This document shows positions 56,151 to 63,244 of a DNA stretch of 64,000 bases, piece after piece. A program made the position numbers and the translations under genes. Within the stretch, counting starts at the first letter, position 1. Every line of letters begins with the position of its first letter. The DNA lies in IMG/VR virus record IMGVR_UViG_3300037467_002055, positions 18,469-82,468 of that record. The stretch is one strand, 5' to 3'. The notes beneath the pieces were generated by a model. The model worked only from the letters and a program-made list of their open reading frames with translations. It was not told the origin of the DNA and did not search any database. The DNA comes from a virus. Its lineage: Duplodnaviria; Caudoviricetes.

Positions 56151-56213
56151 AGTATGGCATTGAAAGGTATTGCTGGCAAGAATTTTGCTTCTTCAGGGAA
56201 ACTGTGGTACATT
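56151..56213. promoter_or_regulatory. Back-to-back promoters (portal leftward, RHH/GIY-YIG rightward)
   Basis: Leftward TTGCCA(56179-74)-N17-CATACT(56156-51)-N6-ATG. Rightward TTGCTT(56185)-N17-TACATT(56208). Confidence 0.6.
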
Positions 56214-56241
56214 GTGGTCACATTACTCATTGGAGACTGTC

Positions 56242-56391
56242 ATGGCGATGGAAGAAAGCTTGAAGCTGCGGCTGAGCGCGGAATTGAAATCGGAACTTGA
56301 AGCGATTCAAAAGGCTGAGTCCCGACCGTCGCTCGGAGATGTTGTCCGACTGCTGCTGAAGGAGGCGCTGGCTGCGAGGGCTGCGCAATGA
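56242..56391 (+). CDS. Ribbon-helix-helix (CopG/Arc-like) DNA-binding protein
   Basis: 49 aa, LKLRLSAELKSELE...SLGDVVRLLLKEAL, GGAG RBS. Confidence 0.7.
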   Translation: MAMEESLKLRLSAELKSELEAIQKAESRPSLGDVVRLLLKEALAARAAQ

Positions 56392-57101
56392 TATGGCTGC
56401 CATTGTCTGGGTGGAAGGATCTGCCAGCTTCCGCCGGAATCTATGTAATTCGCAACAGGGTGAACGGCAAAGAGTATGTGGGTATGAGTATCGATCTCAG
56501 GTTGCGCGGTCGCATGCACGCTGCGGCGAAGGGAAAGCAACGCCTCTACCGAGCCATTAAAGAATATGGACTAGCAGAGTTCGAGATAGCTGTTCTGCAT
56601 GCAGGCTGTGACAACCTCTGCGAGATGGAGGTTAAAACCATTGCCGAGCGAGGCACATATGGCACAGGCGGATACAACGATACTCGAGGCGGTGAAGGTG
56701 GCTGGAAAGGAAAACAACATACCCTAGAGTCGCGAAGAAAGATGAGCGAAGCCCAGCTGAGAAATGGCGCGTTTCGAGGGAAGACACATTCGGCAGAAAC
56801 GAGGAAACGTATTAGCGAAGCCAATCTCGGCAGGAGGCTGTCTCCCGAGTCGATCGAGCGATTTCGTGCGGCACAGATAGGCAAAAAGGCAACGCCTGAA
56901 ACTCTTCAGCGTATGCGTGAGGCACGTCCAGGAAAAGCTGTGCTGGCGTGGCCGCCCAACAGCACGGTACCCGTCGAATTGCCATCAATACATGCAGCTG
57001 CACTGTGGGCGGGAGTCAGCACCACGGCGATTCAGCTGAGACTGAAAAGCGGCCGGCCTTCTGCGATGCTCGGCGCTTGGGCGTACGTTTCCGACCTCTA
57101 A
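56388..57101 (+). CDS. GIY-YIG homing endonuclease with NUMOD3-like repeats
   Basis: GIYVIRN...YVGMS...R, GYN, HTLESRRKMSEA and HSAETRKRISEA repeats. Lower GC. Confidence 0.9.
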   Translation: MIWLPLSGWKDLPASAGIYVIRNRVNGKEYVGMSIDLRLRGRMHAAAKGKQRLYRAIKEYGLAEFEIAVLHAGCDNLCEMEVKTIAERGTYGTGGYNDTRGGEGGWKGKQHTLESRRKMSEAQLRNGAFRGKTHSAETRKRISEANLGRRLSPESIERFRAAQIGKKATPETLQRMREARPGKAVLAWPPNSTVPVELPSIHAAALWAGVSTTAIQLRLKSGRPSAMLGAWAYVSDL

Positions 57102-57220
57102 GAAAAGCCTGCAAATGCGTGATTTTCGGCCGGCACGAGTCTTGCTACACAGCAATCAGGAAAATGCTTTGCCGAAAAACTTGCGGCATGGAACAATTGC
57201 GTATTTACAGGGAGGTAATA

Positions 57221-57502
57221 ATGGCACGCTTAACATTAATGCAAGACCAAGCGGTAACCGGCCCAGGCTCGTGGGTGGCGATCGACCCGAGCAAGCCGCG
57301 CAGCGTCCAGCTCGTCATCTCCGGCACGGCGTCCGTCGACATCGAGGCGTCAAATGACGGTGTCAACGCCGTACCTGCCCTGCAGGCTGGCATCACGGCA
57401 TCGGCCGGCTATGTCGACAGCGATCCGTGGCTCTATCTGCGGGCCAACGTGAAGTCAATCTCTTCGGGCACCGTGTCGGTCGTGGTGGGAGCACCATCAT
57501 GA
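57221..57502 (+). CDS. Small beta-sandwich virion-like protein
   Basis: 93 aa, GGAGG RBS, VQLVISGTASVDIEASNDG...YLRANV. Upstream promoter TTGCCG-N17-AACAAT (57169-57197). Confidence 0.6.
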   Translation: MARLTLMQDQAVTGPGSWVAIDPSKPRSVQLVISGTASVDIEASNDGVNAVPALQAGITASAGYVDSDPWLYLRANVKSISSGTVSVVVGAPS

Positions 57503-58860
57503 GAACCCCGACCCTGAAAAGTCCGGGCCAGCCTACTGCCCGGCTGGCCACGAGCAGCAGCGGCACCGTGACAGGGATCGTGGATCCGGCGTCGGGAAAG
57601 ACGATCCCACTGGGAGCGAAAGGATACTCGAACCGCGTTGCAAACCTGTCCGGCGGCCAGCGCGCATTCGGGAACTCGCAATTCGTGACCGGTGCCTCGG
57701 GCCTCAAGACCTCAATCTACAAGGTCGAAGCAGAAGCGCCGTTCACGGCCGTGCGCGTGTGGATCGGTATCAAGAACAACAGCGGCACGGTGCCGGTGTT
57801 CAAGGCAGTGGTCGCGCCTACCGAAACGCTGGCCTACGACACGGTCAACAACGCGCACGTGCCGAAGGCAAACGGTACGTTCTACAACGCCCTGGCGACT
57901 ACGGACTATGGCTGGCGCGCGGTGACGTGGGACAGCGGCGCGGCCACCAAGACCGGGATACTCGCGCCGGCCGCCACCAACAGCGCGTCCTATATGGTTT
58001 CCGACTGGATGCCGTGCGTCTCGCTGCCGCGCGCGGACGTGGCCGGCGGCCGGCCCGCGGCGCTGCTCAAGCTGGCGCAGACCGACGCCGCGGGCGTTTT
58101 CACCCAGTTTGGCTCCGCACTGACAGCCTATTACGCCAACCGCGGCGCGGCCGCGTACCGGGAGCTGACCACCGGCAGCACCAGTAACGATGGCGTGACG
58201 ACCTTGACCAACCTGCCTGCGTCGGTGTCGGCCACGGGCGGCTTCCAGATCTACGCATGGCTGGAGTTCCAGTATGCGGTTCCGGCCCGATCGGTCGTCC
58301 TTGTCGGCGACAGCACGACCGAGAGCGCGTACAACGACTATGTCACCAGCTGGGCGGCCGTCGCGCTGCGCGAGCTATCGACGCAAAGCGCGCCGATCGC
58401 CGTAACGAATCTGGCCGGTTCGGGGCACTCGCACACCGAGTATCTGCTGCTGCTGGATTACATGCTGACTGCCGGGTTCGTACCCACGGACATCTATTTC
58501 CAAGGCTGGAGCCAGAACGGATTCGGCGGCAATATCGCTGGCGCCGACACGCTGATCGCGCGGGACACAATGTACCTGCAAAAGCTGCGAGCTGCCGGCG
58601 TGCAGGTGTGGATGTCGACCAGCTACGGCGTCAACGGCTACTCGCCGACGCAGGAAGCTGGCCGCCTGAAGTCTGTCGCCCAGATCAAATCGTGGGCAGC
58701 TTCGGGTCTCGTGAACCTGGTCGATACCGACGCGATTATCACCGATTACTCGGGTGGCGTCGGCGCGCTCAAAGCCACGTACGACTCGGGAGATCATGTT
58801 CACGCAAATGTGGCGGGCCAGCGCGCAATGGCTGACCTGTTCAAATCGCTCTGGAAGTGA
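57499..58860 (+). CDS. SGNH/GDSL hydrolase-domain protein (putative virion-associated esterase)
   Basis: Block I VLVGDS, block II NLAGSG, block III N (SQNG), block V DHVH in the C-terminal part. ATGA-coupled start. Confidence 0.8.
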   Translation: MRTPTLKSPGQPTARLATSSSGTVTGIVDPASGKTIPLGAKGYSNRVANLSGGQRAFGNSQFVTGASGLKTSIYKVEAEAPFTAVRVWIGIKNNSGTVPVFKAVVAPTETLAYDTVNNAHVPKANGTFYNALATTDYGWRAVTWDSGAATKTGILAPAATNSASYMVSDWMPCVSLPRADVAGGRPAALLKLAQTDAAGVFTQFGSALTAYYANRGAAAYRELTTGSTSNDGVTTLTNLPASVSATGGFQIYAWLEFQYAVPARSVVLVGDSTTESAYNDYVTSWAAVALRELSTQSAPIAVTNLAGSGHSHTEYLLLLDYMLTAGFVPTDIYFQGWSQNGFGGNIAGADTLIARDTMYLQKLRAAGVQVWMSTSYGVNGYSPTQEAGRLKSVAQIKSWAASGLVNLVDTDAIITDYSGGVGALKATYDSGDHVHANVAGQRAMADLFKSLWK

Positions 58861-58868
58861 TCAAAGAA

Positions 58869-58888
58869 AAGCCCGCGCGTGCGGGCTT
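58869..58888. terminator. Terminator between converging genes
   Basis: AAGCCCGC-GCGT-GCGGGCTT flanked by A/T runs. Confidence 0.7.
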
Positions 58889-58985
58889 CGTCTCGGCCGG
58901 GAAACTCCCAACCCTTATCGGTCGAGAGCGGCCCGACCGATTGCAGCCGAGCATCTTGTTGATGCTCGGCTGCAACTCTACCACA

Positions 58986-60683
58986 TCAATGCCGCACCCG
59001 GAAGGACGAGAACAGCGGTACGCCCACGAACGGGATGTCACGCGATGCGGTCGCCATCAGCTGCGACGCCACGTGCAGATAGCCGAGGGTGTGCATGAAG
59101 TGGTCGTTGCCTTCCTTCGACTTCTTCCAAGTGTAGAACAGCTCCTGGTGCTTGTCGAAGTCCTGCACCCGACGCATGTCGAGCATGTGCAGCACCCACA
59201 GCCGGTCGGTGTGATCACCCTGCTCGGCCCAGCTGATGGCGCCGGCCTTGTACATCCCCATCACCTCGTCGAAATTGACGTCGCGGTGGATCTGCGCCTG
59301 GTTGATCGGCAGCTTGCCATCCGCCTTGCTCTCGTCGACCATGACGATCTGGTACGTTGCCAGCTTGACGTTGCTGGAATAGACGCCACCATACAGATTC
59401 TTGTCCTGCTTCTGCATCTGGTGTACGAGATTGGTCTCGGGGAAGGCGTCGATCACGGTGATCAGGACGCGCCACTTCGCCGCCAGCTCGCGCCGGCGTA
59501 GCGCAAGCTTGGCAAGTGGCACCTGCTCGCGGTAAGTCACCAGCAGCCGGTTGTCGAGCGTGCGCCGGCCGATCGCGATATGGCAGATCTGGCCGACGTC
59601 GATGCCCATGGCGTGCAACTCGTTGGAGAACAGGCTGCCGGCGGTGTAGCGGCACTGCTCGACATCGGATTCGGTCAGCTGCGAGCTGTCGGCGTCGGCC
59701 GTCTCGCCCAGCGCCTGGTTGACGAATTCGGCCCATGTCTTGTACTTCGTGATCTCCAGGATCAGCGACGGCACGGTGACGATGTTGGGCACCTCGAACG
59801 GCGTGACGTAATAGCCGATCGCCTCGAACCGGTCGCCCGGGTTTTCGCAGATCCACTCGCGGTATTGCGGCGACAGGTCTGGTTCCTCGTCGCAGCTGGG
59901 GCAGTGCAGGCGCGCCTCTTCCCAGCGCAGCGTGTCGATATTGTGCTTGTTGATGTCCTTGAACTCGCCGCCGTAGCCCGGGATCCGGACGTGCCGGTGG
60001 AAGTTCGGGACGAACTGGTGGCCGCAGTGGCAGCACGTGCAGGCCCGGCGCATGCGCCGGGCCGCGGCCATCTCCAGCGCGATGCCGTGCCCTTCCGTCG
60101 TCGGCGTGCCGAAGCGACGCGTCAGCTTCCACTTGCTGTGCTTGATGCGTGACTGGAACTGGGCAAGCGTGTCCGGGTCCGAGCGGTCGACCTCGTCGTG
60201 GATCAACATGTCGGCCGGCACCGACAGCGCGGTCGTGGTGCCCGAGCAGCCGCGCATGTACAGCAGGCTGGTGCCGATGGCCTTAATGCTGGCGTTGTTC
60301 AGGTCCTGGTCGACCGACTCGCGCAAGTCGGGCGACTCGTCGATGATGGGGTCGAGGCGCGTCTTGGTGAAGTTGGTCGCGTCGTTGGCGAACGGCAGCG
60401 TCATGATCACCGAGAAGTAGGGCATCACGCGCGAAACGGCCAGCGCGTAGCGCGCCATGCATTCCGACATGCCGACCTGAGCACACTTCTGGACGTACAC
60501 CGTGCGGCTGGTGTCGGAGAGGATATCCTTCTGGAACTCGTGGTCGTAGAACGAGAAGCGGTCGCCCTTGAGGTAGGTCTTCTCCTCGAGGTAGCGCACG
60601 ACGTCATTCAGGTCGTAGCTGTTGAAGATGGCCTGCTCGAGCCGGTTCAGGTGCGCGAGTAGCGCGGGATCGGCGTGGCTCAC
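58986..60683 (-). CDS. Terminase large subunit (lambda gpA-like)
   Basis: Walker A KCAQVGMSE, Walker B LIHDEVD, FGTPT, CxxC pairs, nuclease GIDVG. Confidence 0.92.
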   Translation of the reverse strand: MSHADPALLAHLNRLEQAIFNSYDLNDVVRYLEEKTYLKGDRFSFYDHEFQKDILSDTSRTVYVQKCAQVGMSECMARYALAVSRVMPYFSVIMTLPFANDATNFTKTRLDPIIDESPDLRESVDQDLNNASIKAIGTSLLYMRGCSGTTTALSVPADMLIHDEVDRSDPDTLAQFQSRIKHSKWKLTRRFGTPTTEGHGIALEMAAARRMRRACTCCHCGHQFVPNFHRHVRIPGYGGEFKDINKHNIDTLRWEEARLHCPSCDEEPDLSPQYREWICENPGDRFEAIGYYVTPFEVPNIVTVPSLILEITKYKTWAEFVNQALGETADADSSQLTESDVEQCRYTAGSLFSNELHAMGIDVGQICHIAIGRRTLDNRLLVTYREQVPLAKLALRRRELAAKWRVLITVIDAFPETNLVHQMQKQDKNLYGGVYSSNVKLATYQIVMVDESKADGKLPINQAQIHRDVNFDEVMGMYKAGAISWAEQGDHTDRLWVLHMLDMRRVQDFDKHQELFYTWKKSKEGNDHFMHTLGYLHVASQLMATASRDIPFVGVPLFSSFRVRH

Positions 60684-60907
60684 GGATTGTCCTCGTCAGG
60701 TGGCGGGAAGTGGTAGCGGCCGGTCTTTTCCAGCTGTTCCAGGTAATGCCAGATCGTGGCCAGACGGTAGATGCGGCGCATGCGGCGCCACAGCAAAGAG
60801 CCGGCATACCACGTGGCCAGGCAGGCCAGGGCGAGGAGTGCCGCGGCGACCAGCAGCGTGCCGGTCGCCACGATCAGGTATGACGTGATCGTGATGACGT
60901 GGTTCAT
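60680..60907 (-). CDS. Small membrane protein
   Basis: 75 aa, one TM segment then a basic patch. Confidence 0.6.
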   Translation of the reverse strand: MNHVITITSYLIVATGTLLVAAALLALACLATWYAGSLLWRRMRRIYRLATIWHYLEQLEKTGRYHFPPPDEDNP

Positions 60908-61146
60908 GATAGGTCCAGATTGGCAAGTTGGGCGTGGTCGGCAGCCAGGTCAAACGATACAGCGCCGCGCAGGATTCGGGTGGCCAGCTGGCCGTGCTGG
61001 AGCCGCGGGTTGCCGCTGGCATCGGTGCAGATGACGCAGGCCTCACCGGTGCGGCTGTCGGCCCACAGGCAGCGATCGAGCTTCACGCCGTTCAGGCGCA
61101 CGGCAAGGACGCCGCGTGCCTTGTGGGTGCCGGCTTCGATCATCAT
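60904..61146 (-). CDS. Hypothetical protein
   Basis: 80 aa, coupled in the operon. Confidence 0.6.
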   Translation of the reverse strand: MMIEAGTHKARGVLAVRLNGVKLDRCLWADSRTGEACVICTDASGNPRLQHGQLATRILRGAVSFDLAADHAQLANLDLS

Positions 61147-61583
61147 GTGGCTTCTCCCTGTTCGGGTTTTTCGGCTTGCTTCAGGTAGTCGCCGTACAGG
61201 TCGAAGAAGCGGCGCTTCATCTCGTCGGTGCCCACCAGTTCGAGGGTTTTGAGGAAGGCTGACTCGAAGCGCTTCAGGCGCTCGGCGTCGTACACGATCT
61301 TCTGGTTCTTGAAGATCTTTTCCAGCATGGCGCTGACCGAGTTGAACACCTGGGCGCGCTGGTTGGCCGGCGTGTCCTTGTCCTCTTGCACCGAGGCGAG
61401 CAGCACCATGCCGGAGCGGTACTGCATGCCCAGTTCCTCGGCAAGGTTGAGCTTGGTGATGTCGATGTTGAGTTTTTTGTCGATGCGGTGGCGCAGCGCC
61501 AGCAGCTCATCCTCGCCCAGGCCGGCCAGCAGGTCTTCCTGCCGGGCCGACGGCTTCTTCATCGAGAGGTCTTTCAGGGCCAC
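61143..61583 (-). CDS. Putative terminase small subunit
   Basis: 146 aa helical, upstream of TerL. Assignment by size and position only. Confidence 0.45.
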   Translation of the reverse strand: MALKDLSMKKPSARQEDLLAGLGEDELLALRHRIDKKLNIDITKLNLAEELGMQYRSGMVLLASVQEDKDTPANQRAQVFNSVSAMLEKIFKNQKIVYDAERLKRFESAFLKTLELVGTDEMKRRFFDLYGDYLKQAEKPEQGEAT

Positions 61584-61726
61584 AGCACGCCCTCCAGCAT
61601 TTCCTCCAGCTGATACAGGGCAAGGCCGAGGTTGACGACCAGCCAGGCGAACATGAGGATGGCGAGGGCGCTGATAAATACGAGGATGAGGCTGCCGCCT
61701 GGGCTCGGGCTGCGCGGTGTGCTCAT
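61574..61726 (-). CDS. Small membrane protein
   Basis: 50 aa with one TM helix, ATGA-coupled. Confidence 0.55.
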   Translation of the reverse strand: MSTPRSPSPGGSLILVFISALAILMFAWLVVNLGLALYQLEEMLEGVLWP

Positions 61727-62010
61727 TGCTTGCTCCGGATACGGTAAATGGTGCGTTCGCTGCAGCCGGCGGCGGCGGCGGCTTCCTTGATCGGCAGCGT
61801 GGTGGCGACCAGGCGGCGGTGCTCGGCGCGCGCGGCGCGGATCTCTTTCGTGCTGGGGGCGGGTACCAGGACCTCGCGCACGACGCCCATGCGGCGCAGC
61901 ACCCGGCAGATGTAGGTTTCGTGGGTACCGAGGATGTGCGCCAGCTCGCGATTGGTGATTTCGCGCTTGACGATACGGTCGATGTAGGGTTTGAGGTCGT
62001 CGCTTAGCAT
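61723..62010 (-). CDS. Double helix-turn-helix DNA-binding protein
   Basis: TNRELAHILGTHETYICRVL and IKEAAAAAGCSERTIYR. Confidence 0.75.
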   Translation of the reverse strand: MLSDDLKPYIDRIVKREITNRELAHILGTHETYICRVLRRMGVVREVLVPAPSTKEIRAARAEHRRLVATTLPIKEAAAAAGCSERTIYRIRSKQ

Positions 62011-62016
62011 GCAACA

Positions 62017-62045
62017 AGTATGCCATGCGGCATTGTTTTTGCCTA
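62017..62045 (-). promoter_or_regulatory. Promoter giving an apparently leaderless transcript
   Basis: TAGGCA-N17-CATACT-N6-ATG(62010), no SD. Confidence 0.55.
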
Positions 62046-62054
62046 GCAACTACT

Positions 62055-62190
62055 CAGAAATTGTCAAAATTTGCAAAAATTTCAACAAAAATTTGAAAAA
62101 TTTTGAAAAATTCGACGAAATTGTGGGATTTGTTGCAGATTTGCAACAGAAAAGGTGGCAAAAGTTTAAATTTGCCGGCTAAATTTTTGG
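62055..62190. repeat. Phased A/T-tract array (intrinsically bent DNA)
   Basis: AnTm tracts with ApT steps at 62060, 62069, 62079, 62091, 62100, 62110, 62120 (mean spacing 10 bp). Confidence 0.8.
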
Positions 62191-62201
62191 GCACCCAGGA
62201 G

Positions 62202-62213
62202 GCGCGGCGCACC
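62202..62213 (-). other. Candidate cohesive-end (cosN) site
   Basis: Minus strand GGTGCGCCGCGC. Resembles the cohesive ends I recall for phage chi (GGTGCGCAGAGC) and lambda (GGGCGGCGACCT, plus-strand reading). Lies upstream of a gpA-type terminase operon. Confidence 0.55.
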
Positions 62214-62401
62214 TGCCGCCTTGCATAAAAGTAACCCCGTCAATTCGCGCCAGGTCAAGCCATACGCCGCCCAGGTCGCGCTACGCGTCGACGCCCATCC
62301 GAAACGACGACGGCACCTGCGTCGTTCTGGCGCGTCCTAGGGCCATTTCCCTACAGCAATTGTGTCGCAGATTGTGACATAAAGTTGTCAGTTTAACAAA
62401 C

Positions 62402-62428
62402 TCTTATACATGACTGACATGTATAAGA
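62402..62428. promoter_or_regulatory. Perfect 11-bp inverted repeat (operator-like)
   Basis: TCTTATACATG-ACTGA-CATGTATAAGA. Confidence 0.65.
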
Positions 62429-62571
62429 CTACCTGCGATAGTCCTTGCCTATCAGCCCGATAGATAAATACAATGAGACAACAACACAGTTTTCCCCCAT
62501 ACTTACATCCGTAGTTCGGCAATACCGGCAGCAACCCTTTCGCAGTAACCCACTTATTAGGAGTAACAATC

Positions 62572-63237
62572 ATGGCTGACATCAAACTGGTTTCCTCGTT
62601 CGCACGTTTCGTTCTCGGTGACATCAAGGGCGGCGACGCCGCGCATGCCTACCGCAAGGAAATTATCGCCACTGCTATCGAGCAGGCCTACAAGGGTAAT
62701 TACTCGCCAATCACCGAAGCGGCAACCCTGACGGAAGGTAAGGCGAAGAAAGCCCGCGCCTATGCGGCCGGCTTCGCTGCACTCGGCAAGGTAGGCGACA
62801 CTGACGGCATCGTCAAAGTATCTTACATCGGTTCCCTGAATTCGCACGAGAACAAGTCGGCGCGCGAAGAGATTGCCAACAAAACCGCTGCTTCGGTTTC
62901 CGCTTTCTTTGCCGCGTTCGACGTCGTCATGGCCGAAAAAGGCGAAAAGAAAACCAAGAAAACCGAATCCGGCGCGGCGGCTGGTGCCGACGGTGCCGTG
63001 TCCGGTGCGCCCATGTCGGATGACGAGATGCGCCATGCGGCCGCCGTGTCGCTGGACGAATCGGTGACGCGCATGGAAACCACGTTGCGTGCTGGCATGC
63101 TGACCGGTGAACAGACGGACCGTATCGCCGACGCGCTGATGGCCAGCCTGACGGCAGAACAGTTGCACGCACTCGCCACGGCCATGCTGGACAAGGCTGG
63201 ATACGCCGTCAGCGAACCCGAAAAACTCGCAGCGTAA
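62572..63237 (+). CDS. Hypothetical, probably highly expressed early protein
   Basis: 221 aa, AGGAG RBS, codon use typical of highly expressed genes, upstream TTGCCT-N18-TACAAT. Confidence 0.8.
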   Translation: MADIKLVSSFARFVLGDIKGGDAAHAYRKEIIATAIEQAYKGNYSPITEAATLTEGKAKKARAYAAGFAALGKVGDTDGIVKVSYIGSLNSHENKSAREEIANKTAASVSAFFAAFDVVMAEKGEKKTKKTESGAAAGADGAVSGAPMSDDEMRHAAAVSLDESVTRMETTLRAGMLTGEQTDRIADALMASLTAEQLHALATAMLDKAGYAVSEPEKLAA

Positions 63238-63244
63238 TCTCTGG

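Noticed and set aside
62401-62428. Similarity of CTCTTATACA / TGTATAAGA to the Tn5 mosaic end or Nextera adapter
   Set aside because: Only 9-10 of 19 nt match and no transposase is present. A native palindrome is more likely, though raw reads would exclude an artefact.
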